Of a stretch of DNA of 64,000 bases, positions 36,302-45,954 are shown in pieces. Each line of letters opens with the position of its first letter. Position 1 is the stretch's first letter. This DNA comes from a candidate division FCPU426 bacterium (GTDB lineage Bacteria > Oederibacteriota > Muellerivitia > Muellerivitales > Muellerivitaceae): NCBI GenBank assembly GCA_963771075.1, contig CAVYSE010000006.1:1-64000 (forward strand), written 5' to 3'. The notes beneath the pieces were generated by a model. The model had not been told where the DNA came from. It made no database searches and was given only the letters and a program-made list of their open reading frames with translations. The position numbers were made by a program, and so were the translations under genes.

Positions 36302-38819
36302 CCCGGTTAAAAAGACGAAGCAGACCCAACAAACCGATGCCTCGGACCATCCCACCAGTTTTGCGATCGACCACGATTACCACAAAGGGGTTTCCCCAGA
36401 TGATTTCAAGCATTCTTATATCAACAACCTGAAATACCGCCTGGTGAAGGAGGAGGAAACGGCCACTAATTATGACCGTTTCCTGAGCCTAGCCTACGGA
36501 ATTCGGGACCGGTTGGTGGAGAATTGGGTTTCGACCCAGCGGGTATACCGTTCCCAGAAAGTCAAAAGGGTCTATTACTTTTCTCTCGAGTTCTTGATAG
36601 GACGGACGCTGGGAAATTCCATCCTGAACCTTCGTATTGAGAAGAACCTTTTAAAGGCGATGGACGAGTTCGGCCTCAAACTGGAGGAAGTACGCGATGC
36701 GGAACTGGACGCGGGTTTGGGCAACGGGGGATTGGGCCGTCTGGCGGCATGCTTCCTCGATTCGTTGGCGACCCTTGAAATTCCCGCTTACGGTTACGGA
36801 ATCCGCTATGACTACGGCATTTTCCGCCAAAAGATTGTGCGGGGTTACCAGGTGGAGGAGCCGGATGAGTGGCTGGCCAAGGAACATCCCTGGGAAATTT
36901 CACGTCCCGAATACACCTATCGAGTAAGGTTCGGGGGAAAGGTGGTTCAACGGACCTCCCGGAATGGAAAACTGGTATTTGACTGGGTGGACACAGAGGA
37001 TGTGCTGGCCCAGGCTTATGACACCCCGGTTCCGGGCTATGGAAATAAGACGGTCAACAACTTGAGGCTTTGGTCCGCCAAAGCAACAGCGGAATTCGAG
37101 CTGGAATTCTTTAACAAGGGAAATTATTTCGCCGCCACATCGAAAAAAACCGAGTCGGAAACCATTTCCAAGATTCTCTATCCCAACGACAACAACCTGG
37201 AGGGCCGGGAATTGCGCCTGAAGCAGCAGTATTTCTTCGTTTCAGCCTCAATCCAAGACATCCTGCGGCGGTTCAAGCGGGAACATGCCAATATCCGGGA
37301 ACTGCCCGAGGCGGCCGCCATCCAATTGAACGATACCCACCCCACCATCGCCATCGCCGAACTGATGCGTGTGCTGGTGGATGAGGAGGGCCTGGAATGG
37401 GAGAAGGCCTGGGCCATGACCAAGTCTATTTTCGCCTACACCAACCACACCCTTTTGCCCGAGGCGTTGGAAAAGTGGTCTCTGGCCCTTTTTGGAAAGT
37501 TGTTTCCCAGGCACCTGCAGATCATCCAAGAGATCAACGCGCGCTTCCTGCGGGAGGTGGCGCTCCGCTATCCCGGGGACGTGGACCGCCTAAGGCGGGT
37601 ATCCATATTTGAGGAGGGGCCGGATCCCCATATCCGAATGGCCTATTTGGCGATCATCGGAAGCCATTCGATCAACGGCGTTTCCAAGCTCCACTCGGAA
37701 CTGTTAAAAACCTCATTACTACCGGATTTTTACGAATTGTTCCCGGACCGTTTCAACAACAAGACCAACGGCATTACCCAACGCCGATGGCTTCGTAAAT
37801 GCGACGCCTCCCTGGCCAATCTGATCACCTCGCGCATCGGGGAAAATTGGATCACCGAACTCACGGAGCTTAAGAAGCTCGAGAAATACGTTTCGGACAA
37901 GAAGTTCAAGGATGAATGGCGCACCGTCAAACTCCAGAACAAGGAGAAATTGGCGGCCTTGATTGCCGCCGAACACCGGGTAGCCGTTAACCCGAACACC
38001 CTCTTTGACGTGCAGGTAAAACGGATGCATGAGTACAAACGCCAACTTTTGAACGCGCTCCATGTCATCGCCCTCTATCGGAGGCTCAAAAACGATCCAT
38101 CCTCCGTGGTTACTTCCCGCACGGTGCTTTTCGGCGGGAAGGCGGCCCCGGGTTACGCCATCGCCAAGCTCATCATCAAGTTCATCGGTTCCATCGCCGA
38201 CGTGGTCAATGAGGACCCACAGATCAAAGGCAAACTGACCGTTTTGTTCATGCCTAATTACCGCGTTTCGCTTGCGGAAAAGATCATCCCTGCCACCGAC
38301 CTGTCAGAACAGATCTCCACCGCCGGAAAGGAAGCCTCGGGCACAGGCAATATGAAATTCGCCCTCAACGGGGCCCTGACCATCGGCACGCTTGACGGCG
38401 CGAACATTGAGATCATGGAGGAGGTGGGCGAAAAAAATATCTTCATTTTCGGTCTCAAAGCCGATGAAGTGGCCAGGATTAAAAGGGAAGGATACAAACC
38501 CTGGGAATATTATGAGAAATCGCAGGAGCTAAAGGGAGTATTGGACTTGATCTCTAGCGGATTTTTCTCCCCGGAGAATCCTGAGCTTTTCAAACCCATC
38601 GTCGAATCGCTCATGTCGCATGACGAGTACCTGCTTTTGGCTGATTTTGACAGTTACCTGGAATGCCAGGACCGGGTAGCGGAACTTTATCAGGACCAGA
38701 ACAAATGGACGGAGATGTCCATCCTCAATGTGGCCCGCATGGGTAAATTTTCAAGTGACCGCGCGATCGCTGAATACTGCAAGGACATCTGGAAGATCAA
38801 AGGGGTAAAGATCCCATAA
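36288..38819 (+). CDS. glgP: Glycogen/alpha-glucan phosphorylase
   Basis: LGNGGLGRLAACF, QLNDTHP, KRMHEYKRQ, EASGTGNMKF. Confidence 0.98.
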   Translation: MKKNSPVKKTKQTQQTDASDHPTSFAIDHDYHKGVSPDDFKHSYINNLKYRLVKEEETATNYDRFLSLAYGIRDRLVENWVSTQRVYRSQKVKRVYYFSLEFLIGRTLGNSILNLRIEKNLLKAMDEFGLKLEEVRDAELDAGLGNGGLGRLAACFLDSLATLEIPAYGYGIRYDYGIFRQKIVRGYQVEEPDEWLAKEHPWEISRPEYTYRVRFGGKVVQRTSRNGKLVFDWVDTEDVLAQAYDTPVPGYGNKTVNNLRLWSAKATAEFELEFFNKGNYFAATSKKTESETISKILYPNDNNLEGRELRLKQQYFFVSASIQDILRRFKREHANIRELPEAAAIQLNDTHPTIAIAELMRVLVDEEGLEWEKAWAMTKSIFAYTNHTLLPEALEKWSLALFGKLFPRHLQIIQEINARFLREVALRYPGDVDRLRRVSIFEEGPDPHIRMAYLAIIGSHSINGVSKLHSELLKTSLLPDFYELFPDRFNNKTNGITQRRWLRKCDASLANLITSRIGENWITELTELKKLEKYVSDKKFKDEWRTVKLQNKEKLAALIAAEHRVAVNPNTLFDVQVKRMHEYKRQLLNALHVIALYRRLKNDPSSVVTSRTVLFGGKAAPGYAIAKLIIKFIGSIADVVNEDPQIKGKLTVLFMPNYRVSLAEKIIPATDLSEQISTAGKEASGTGNMKFALNGALTIGTLDGANIEIMEEVGEKNIFIFGLKADEVARIKREGYKPWEYYEKSQELKGVLDLISSGFFSPENPELFKPIVESLMSHDEYLLLADFDSYLECQDRVAELYQDQNKWTEMSILNVARMGKFSSDRAIAEYCKDIWKIKGVKIP

Positions 38820-38989
38820 GAAACATGCGGCCAAGGCTTTGCCGCGAAGACGTGAAGGAAAGCCAAATCTTGTTTTAAAGAAATCTTTTAGTCTATTCAG
38901 TTGGTTGTTTCGAGGTGAGAAACACATGTTTTCTTGGAGCGTGCGTTTTCGCGTTGGAAGTGGTTTTGTCGCTGTTCGAACGAAAGGTT

Positions 38990-39871
38990 TTATTCGAGAA
39001 TGGCGTCGATCTTACGGAAGAGAGCCTGAAGCTTTTCGTTGGTAGGAAAACTGGGAGGCGGCTCCAATTCCGCGGGGGATTTGAGAACGGATGGGCCTTT
39101 GGGTTGAGCCGTTTTTAATTTCTCCATCTCAATCTGGGCGTCCTTTAGTTCCTTTTGCGCTTTTTCCAGTTCTTCCAAAAGCTGCTCCGCGTCCTTGTCG
39201 GATTTGCCTTTGGCGTTTTGTGAAAGATCAAGTTCTTTTTGCGCTTTTACCAGCTCTTCCTTGACCTTTTCCATGTCTTCCTGGTTTTTTTGCATCTCGG
39301 CCTTTGTTTCACCCAGGGTGATCTTCAATTCGTTGATTTCCTTATTTTTCTCTTCTTCTTGTGTCTTTTGTGAATCAAGGGTCAACTGTGCCTTTTCGGC
39401 CTGCTTTTTCAGTTCGACAACCGTTTCTTGGGCCTTAAGGAAATCTGATTCAATCATCGATATCTTTTTCTTCGTTTCCTCTAGGTCCACCCGTGCCTTG
39501 GCGGCTTCCTCGATCAGCTGGGTTTTGTCCCCCGCTTCCGCCTTGTAACGGTCCAATTGCTCTTTCATTTCAAGGGAGTGGCGCAGGGAACCGTCTTGGG
39601 AACGCTTCATTTCCAACAGGTTTTTTTCGAGGGTCTCGATCAATTTAAGGTTCTCGCCCTTTGCTTTTTCCATGCGGTGGTATTCGTCGGCGATATTCAT
39701 GGCCGCCAGGATGGCTACTTTGGCGGCGGGGGCGGAGGATTTACGGCCAATATCCGCCATCTTGGCGTCCACAAACTTAGCCAGCTCCGAGATGTATTTA
39801 GGGTCCGCTTCACCCTTCAGAGTATATTCATTGCCGTAGATGTGGACGGTAACGGATTTGATGTCAGCCAT
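38990..39871 (-). CDS. zapA: Cell division protein ZapA with long coiled-coil extension
   Basis: VTVHIYGNEY..LAKFVD.KM..KVAILAAMNIADEY, followed by about 200 aa of Lys/Glu heptads. Confidence 0.85.
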   Translation of the reverse strand: MADIKSVTVHIYGNEYTLKGEADPKYISELAKFVDAKMADIGRKSSAPAAKVAILAAMNIADEYHRMEKAKGENLKLIETLEKNLLEMKRSQDGSLRHSLEMKEQLDRYKAEAGDKTQLIEEAAKARVDLEETKKKISMIESDFLKAQETVVELKKQAEKAQLTLDSQKTQEEEKNKEINELKITLGETKAEMQKNQEDMEKVKEELVKAQKELDLSQNAKGKSDKDAEQLLEELEKAQKELKDAQIEMEKLKTAQPKGPSVLKSPAELEPPPSFPTNEKLQALFRKIDAILE

Positions 39872-40220
39872 GTTGTTCCTCCGAAAGCGATTCGGAGTCT
39901 TCCACCAAGTGAAATTCTTTGGCTAAGGTTTCCAGCCTCTGCAGGTTGGTCTTGACCTTCTTCAGGTCTTCGAGGGCCTCGTCATATTGGTGTCGTAGGC
40001 GAGTTTCCTCCGGGCTGGGGCCCGGGGCGAGTGCGGGGATAGCAGGGGCTGGTTCCGATTCCTTTTCTTTCAATTGATTTTGAAGAAGGACGTTTTCTTT
40101 CATGAGGGCCGCATTGGCGTTTCGGAGTTGAACGATGGCTTCCAAGAGCCGGTTGATCCGGTTTTCAAGTAGTGGCCAGGGGGTCGGCGGCTCGATAGGA
40201 AAGAGTTCATCGAATGGCAA
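39864..40220 (-). CDS. Small coiled-coil protein (ZapB-like position)
   Basis: LENRINRLLEAIVQLRNANAAL; overlaps both pheT and zapA. Confidence 0.7.
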   Translation of the reverse strand: MPFDELFPIEPPTPWPLLENRINRLLEAIVQLRNANAALMKENVLLQNQLKEKESEPAPAIPALAPGPSPEETRLRHQYDEALEDLKKVKTNLQRLETLAKEFHLVEDSESLSEEQHG

Positions 40221-42618
40221 TGGAGAATATCTCCTTCAAATAGGAAAGGATCTTAGACACGGACTCGTTTACTTCGGCGTCGGTCAGGGTTCGGTCCGAA
40301 TGTCGGAACCGAAGCCGGAAGGCCAGACTGCGGGACCCCTCAGGAACCCCTTGCCCCCGGTAGTGGTCAAAAAGGGCCATGGAAACCAAAAAGGGAGGTT
40401 TTGAGGCCTTAACCCCTTCCAACACTTGAGCCGATGTTACACCATCAGGTACAACCAGGGCAACGTCTCTCCATGCCTCAGGGAAGCGGGGCAGGGGTTG
40501 GTAGTGGGAAGATTCGGCGGGTTCCTCACCCATAAGCGTTAGGTTCGCCTCCACAGCCGCGACAGGGCCTGTGAGGCCGAAGTTTTTCAGGGCGCGGGGG
40601 CTCAGCATGCCTCCCCATATGAGTGTATTGCCGGACCCGTCACAGGCCCTAAAACTTTCACTATTTTGGTAGGGCATGGTTAAAACCCCGTATTCCCACT
40701 TGGATTCCTTCAAACGGGCGAGTTTTACCAGGCTTTCGGCCAAACCCTTCGCGTCATAAAAGTCAGAAGGACGTTCATGGGCGGTCCAGGAAGGTTCTTG
40801 AATGAGTCCGGTGGCTACTGCGGCGATTTGGTAGGTTTCAGCCGGTCCCTTTCCTTTGACCGGGTGGAAGACCTTATTCAACTCATAGAGCGCGACCCGG
40901 GGCTGTTGGTGGGCAAAATTCAATTGAAGGTTTCCCAACAAAGAAGGCAACAAAGTGGGCCGCAAGACCTTTTGGTCCTCTGTGATGGGGTTGAGGAGGG
41001 CCTGGCTTTCCCTTAAGGGGTGGTCTGGGCCCAATAGAAGATGGTCCGCGTAATCGGGAGGCAGGAAGGTGGGATTCACCGCCTCGTAGAAACCATTCTG
41101 ATGTAAAAGAAATCGGGTTTCTTCCTCGAAGGGGATGGCAGAACCCACTGGTGAGAGATGGGAAGAGATCTTGGGGGCCTGGACTTGGATCAAGTCATAT
41201 CCCGCGACCCTTGCCACTTCCTCGATGAAATCTATTTCACGGGTCAGGTCCAAACGCGAAGAGGGCGGTGTGATCCTGAAGATCCCTACATTGGAGCCTT
41301 TCTCAAGGGTACAACCTAGATTTTTCAAGATCACCAATTGCCTTTCTTCAGGGATCTGGGTTCCTAAGATCGTATCAGCCCGTTTAGGCCGGTAATCCAC
41401 CGCGCTAGGAATTGATACTTCGCCCTTTTTTGACAGGATACCTTTACAAAGGCTTCCACCTGCCAATTCCAAAAGAAGTTGAGCGGCGCGGTTCAAGGCT
41501 TTCTCAACGCCATGTGGGTCCACCCCACGCTCGAAGCGGTAGGAGGAATCGGTGGAGATGGCCAATCGCCTGCCGGCTTTGCGAATTCCGCCGGGTTGAA
41601 AAAGGGCGGATTCCAAAAGGATGTTTTGGGTGGTTTCGGTAACTTGAGAATTGTTTCCGCCCATGATCCCGGCGAGGGCAACCGGCTTGTCGGCGTCCGC
41701 GATGACTAGAAAGTCTTCTTGAAGGTCACGAATGGAGTTGTCCAATAATGGGATTTTCTCGCCTGATTTGGCCTGTCGGACGATGATTTCTTTTCCCGAA
41801 AGCTTGTCATAATCGAATGCGTGAAGGGGCTGGCCCATTTCCAGCATGACGTAATTGGTCGCATCCACCACATTGTTAATGGAACGCTGGCCTAAACGCT
41901 CCAGGGTTTGGCTGAGCCAACGAGGGGAGGGGCCAATTTTGACTCCCTCCAGGACCCTGCAGGTATAGAGGGGACAGAGAGTCGGGTTTTGGATCGTGAT
42001 CTTGGTTTTGGTTGCAATAGCCGGGCCGGCTTCAACAGGAGAGACTGCATCCGGGAACCGGACAGGACAGTTGAAGAGAGCTGAAATCTCACGAGCTACA
42101 CCCAGATGACTTAAGAGGTCTGGGCGATTTGGGAAGATTTCAAGCTCAAACAAGGTGTTAGGTAGGTCCATGTATTGTAAAAAGTCAGTTCCCACCGGGG
42201 CATCTGGTGGAAGGATGAGGATTCCCTCGGCGTCCTCGGCCAAACCCAGTTCTTTTGCCGAACAAAGCATTCCGAAAGATTCAACGTTTCGTATTTTCGT
42301 GGCTTTGATCTCAAAATTGCCGGGTAAGACCGCACCGATCCTAGCTAGGGGGACTTTTTGTCCGGGAGCGATGTTCTTAGCCCCGCAAACAATCTGTAGG
42401 GTTTCGGTACCAATGGAAACCTTGGTTAAGGAAAGCCTGTCGGCTTGGGGGTGTTTGTTTACTTCCAAAATCTCGCCTACGACCACTTGAGTAATATCTT
42501 TTCCAAAGGTTTGGACCGACTCCACAGGTATGCCGGCTTTTATCAATTTATCCAGGATTTCGGGGAGGGGAGCGGAGCAATCGATGTATTGACGGAGCCA
42601 TTTTTCAGAAATAAGCAT
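40207..42618 (-). CDS. pheT: Phenylalanine--tRNA ligase beta subunit
   Basis: IS.KWL, HPQADRL, IVCGAKN, GMLCS, PNRPDLLS, RFERGVD, C-terminal FDX-ACB (SLAFRL..RTLTD). Confidence 0.97.
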   Translation of the reverse strand: MLISEKWLRQYIDCSAPLPEILDKLIKAGIPVESVQTFGKDITQVVVGEILEVNKHPQADRLSLTKVSIGTETLQIVCGAKNIAPGQKVPLARIGAVLPGNFEIKATKIRNVESFGMLCSAKELGLAEDAEGILILPPDAPVGTDFLQYMDLPNTLFELEIFPNRPDLLSHLGVAREISALFNCPVRFPDAVSPVEAGPAIATKTKITIQNPTLCPLYTCRVLEGVKIGPSPRWLSQTLERLGQRSINNVVDATNYVMLEMGQPLHAFDYDKLSGKEIIVRQAKSGEKIPLLDNSIRDLQEDFLVIADADKPVALAGIMGGNNSQVTETTQNILLESALFQPGGIRKAGRRLAISTDSSYRFERGVDPHGVEKALNRAAQLLLELAGGSLCKGILSKKGEVSIPSAVDYRPKRADTILGTQIPEERQLVILKNLGCTLEKGSNVGIFRITPPSSRLDLTREIDFIEEVARVAGYDLIQVQAPKISSHLSPVGSAIPFEEETRFLLHQNGFYEAVNPTFLPPDYADHLLLGPDHPLRESQALLNPITEDQKVLRPTLLPSLLGNLQLNFAHQQPRVALYELNKVFHPVKGKGPAETYQIAAVATGLIQEPSWTAHERPSDFYDAKGLAESLVKLARLKESKWEYGVLTMPYQNSESFRACDGSGNTLIWGGMLSPRALKNFGLTGPVAAVEANLTLMGEEPAESSHYQPLPRFPEAWRDVALVVPDGVTSAQVLEGVKASKPPFLVSMALFDHYRGQGVPEGSRSLAFRLRFRHSDRTLTDAEVNESVSKILSYLKEIFSIAIR

Positions 42619-42702
42619 TGGAATTCCTTGGAACCTCATGAGCGAATAGTGTGATGGTTTGCAAAGTTTAGATTAGCCGAAAAACCCTGTCAATCAATCG
42701 CT

Positions 42703-42836
42703 GTCATTGCGAGGTATGCCCGACGAATAGTCGGGTTTTAATGACGAAGCAAACCCAGTTTTGATCTTCCATTAAAATTACTTCGATAACCAACCGTGAA
42801 ATGAGTTCGCAGCGCCAAATCATTCGGGCTCGCAAT
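42703..42836. repeat. Degenerate palindromic REP/MITE-like element
   Basis: GTCATTGCGAG...GACGAAGCAA...CTCGCAAT with inverted ends (ATTGCGAG / CTCGCAAT) and internal hairpin CCCGAC-gaata-GTCGGG. Confidence 0.5.
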
Positions 42837-42953
42837 AATAACTATTTGAACCTTTTTTTGATGAATTCGTGTGTTCCTATCCTTTAAGCTAAACCCGACT
42901 TTAATAAGGCCTTAAATTTTTAAGCATTCTACAAGAGAAGGGTGGTGGTGGTT

Positions 42954-44049
42954 TTGGCGTTGTTCGAGTTGGACGTCAGGGAATTGGAACGCAAATTCAC
43001 CGAAGTGAGGGATCATCTTTGACCCCGCTCAGGTCAACCGTGACATTGAGCGCTTAGAGGCTCAAACCACCCAACCTGACTTCTGGAGCAATCCCAAGGC
43101 CGCACAAGAGGTCACTTCACAACTCTCCCGACTCAAGGATACCCAGGCCCTGGTCAATGATTTCGAGAAGCAGTACCACGACCTATTGGCCTGCCAGGAA
43201 CTTCTGAAAGACGAGCACGACCCTGCCCTTTTGGCCGAAATGGAGCAAAGCCACAAGCGCTTCGAGGTGGATTTTCGGAATTTCGAATTAAAACGCAATT
43301 TCACTGGAAAATACGATTTCAATAACGCCTATGTATCAATCCATCCCGGCGCGGGCGGCACCGAAAGCCAGGATTGGGCCAGCATGCTTTTGCGCATGTA
43401 CCTGCGGTGGATGGAATCCAAGGGCTATGAAGTGGAAACTCTCGACTATCAAGTCGCCGATGAGGCGGGCATCAAGTCCGTTTCCCTTTGGGTGAAAGGC
43501 CCCTGGGCATTTGGTTTTTTAAAGGTGGAAAGGGGCGTTCACCGTCTGGTCCGAATTTCTCCATTTGACGCCAATAAGAGGCGCCATACCTCTTTTTCAT
43601 CGGTGGATGTTATGCCGGAAGTCGAAGATGTGGAATTTGAAATCCGATGGGACGACATCAAGCTCGATACCTTTCGTTCCGGCGGCAAAGGCGGACAAAA
43701 CGTCAACAAGGTGGAAACAGCCGTTCGCCTGACCCACATTCCAACAGGCATCATCGTGGCATGCCAAACCCAGAGGTCCCAGCTTCAAAACAAGGAACAG
43801 GCCCTGAAGATGCTCAAAGCCCGTCTCTTTACCTATTACCAGGATATCCATGACGAGGAAATGGCCAAGGTGGCGGGATCCAAGAAGAAGATCGAGTGGG
43901 GAAGCCAAATTCGTTCATATGTTTTCCAGCCTTACCAATTGGTCAAGGACCACCGAAGTGAGGTGGAGGTCAACGATATCAACCGGGTCATGGACGGGGA
44001 CCTGGACCCATTTATCGAAGCGGCCCTAAAAGCGAGATTGGTCGAATAG
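42954..44049 (+). CDS. prfB: Peptide chain release factor 2 with programmed +1 frameshift
   Basis: Short frame ...EVRDHL ends at CTT TGA C (43017-43023) with SD-like GAGGGA upstream; the +1 frame continues DPAQ...DFWSNP...; SPF and GGQ motifs. Exact start (TTG 42954/42960 or GTG 42948) uncertain. Confidence 0.96.
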
Positions 44050-44184
44050 TTTTTGGAGTTTAACAGTTGAACTTTAATTCGGCTACATTCGGGTCTCTCG
44101 GAAATGGTGCTTTTAAGTAATGGAAAGATGAAAAAGTTTGATATTCCAAATTCGTTCTGGATTTTTTATGGATTTGTCCCTGCA

Positions 44185-44213
44185 TTGACCCCCCTCAGGC
44201 TCATTGTTATGAT
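44185..44213 (+). promoter_or_regulatory. Sigma70-type promoter upstream of lysS
   Basis: TTGACC-17 bp-TATGAT with a TG extension. Confidence 0.55.
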
Positions 44214-44259
44214 TCACGGGATTTAGGTCCTAATACAAACGGCCATTAAGGAATCTTTC

Positions 44260-45768
44260 TTGTCCGAACTCAACGAATTCGTCAAAATTCGCCTCGAAAA
44301 GCTGAAAACGCTACGGGAAAAGGGAATTAATCCTTATCCTTCCGCTGCCTTTCCTCAAACCCACCATTCAGCGGATATCATCGCCAAGTATCCTCAACTT
44401 CAGGCTGGGGAGCATGTCGAGGGAGACAAGGTCTCCCTCGCGGGACGGCTCATGACCATTCGGGGAATGGGTAAAAGTTCATTCGCCCACTTACAAGATG
44501 CCAAAGGGCGCATCCAGATTTACGTCCGGTTAGATGGGGTCGGGGAAGCCAACTACGAGCTTTTTAAGTCCCTCGATCTGGGCGATATTTTGGGTGTCAC
44601 AGGATTTCCATTCAAAACCAAGACGGGGGAAGTTTCCGTCCATGTGGAATCTTTCCAATTGCTATCCAAGGCTCTCCATCCACTTCCTGAAAAATGGCAT
44701 GGCCTGACAGATTTGGAAACCCGCTACCGCAACAGGTATGTGGATTTAATCGTCAATGCCGATGTTAAGAAAACTTTCGAAATCCGGTCGAAGGTGGTGG
44801 CCGCTATCCGCAACCACATGGATTCCCAAGGCTTTTTGGAAGTCGAAACCCCCATGATGCATCCCATCCCTGGCGGGGCCACGGCACGCCCCTTTGTCAC
44901 GCACCACAACACCCTGGATATAGATCTTTACCTTCGCGTGGCGCCTGAGCTTTATTTAAAACGACTGGTGGTGGGGGGCTTCGAGCGAGTTTACGAGATC
45001 AACCGAAACTTCCGCAATGAGGGCATCAGCATTAAGCACAACCCCGAATTCACCATGTTGGAAGCCTACCAGGCTTATGGAAACAATGAAACCGCCATGA
45101 CCCTCACCGAAAGTTTACTCGCGGAAATGGCTAAGGCTGCCGGCCAAGGGCTCAAATTCAAGACTGGAGAAGTGGACCTAGATTTCACCCCCCCTTTTAA
45201 ACGTATGCCCCTTCTTGGAGCTTTAAAAGAATTGGGGGGTGTGGATTACGACACAACCAGCATTGAGGAATTGCGCAAAAGAGTTTTAGGCACCAACGCC
45301 CAAGTCAAGCATTTGGACAAACTTTCCAAAGCGGAATTGGCTTATCTCCTCTTTGGGGAACTGGTCGAATCCAAACTCATTCAACCGACCTTTATCACCG
45401 AATTCCCCGTTGAAGTTTCTCCCCTGGCCAAGGCAAGGTCGGATAAGCCTGAATTGACGGAACGGTTCGAACTATTCATTTATGGAAGGGAAATAGCAAA
45501 TGGCTTTTCCGAATTAAATGACCCGGTGGACCAGCGCAGGCGATTTGAGAAGCAAGTGGAATTACGCCAGGCTGGCGATGAGGAAGGAATGTATTTGGAC
45601 GAGGACTATATCCTCGCTCTTTCATATGGGATGCCCCCTGCGGGCGGGGTTGGAATTGGAATTGATCGTTTGTTGATGCTCTTGACCAACAGCCCCTCGA
45701 TTAGGGACGTAATACTTTTCCCTCTTTTGCGGCCTCGGGGCGACGAGGAAACGGTTGTTTTTGAATAA
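44260..45768 (+). CDS. lysS: Lysine--tRNA ligase (class II)
   Basis: PLPEKWHGL, EVETP, RNFRNEG, HNPEFT, GIGIDRL; TTG start. Confidence 0.98.
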   Translation: MSELNEFVKIRLEKLKTLREKGINPYPSAAFPQTHHSADIIAKYPQLQAGEHVEGDKVSLAGRLMTIRGMGKSSFAHLQDAKGRIQIYVRLDGVGEANYELFKSLDLGDILGVTGFPFKTKTGEVSVHVESFQLLSKALHPLPEKWHGLTDLETRYRNRYVDLIVNADVKKTFEIRSKVVAAIRNHMDSQGFLEVETPMMHPIPGGATARPFVTHHNTLDIDLYLRVAPELYLKRLVVGGFERVYEINRNFRNEGISIKHNPEFTMLEAYQAYGNNETAMTLTESLLAEMAKAAGQGLKFKTGEVDLDFTPPFKRMPLLGALKELGGVDYDTTSIEELRKRVLGTNAQVKHLDKLSKAELAYLLFGELVESKLIQPTFITEFPVEVSPLAKARSDKPELTERFELFIYGREIANGFSELNDPVDQRRRFEKQVELRQAGDEEGMYLDEDYILALSYGMPPAGGVGIGIDRLLMLLTNSPSIRDVILFPLLRPRGDEETVVFE

Positions 45769-45954
45769 AGAAGAACCGAAATCTAACGCAAAGACACTAA
45801 GACGCTAAGAAAGATAAAATTGTTTGAAGAACCAAAATTTTAGGCCCCAATCGAAAGGGCATTTTTTTTACACATCAAGATTTACCTCGTAGCTATGCGA
45901 AGAAAGATGGTTGGTCATTGTTTCGACAGTTTCGATTTCTTTTAAAGGCTTGAC

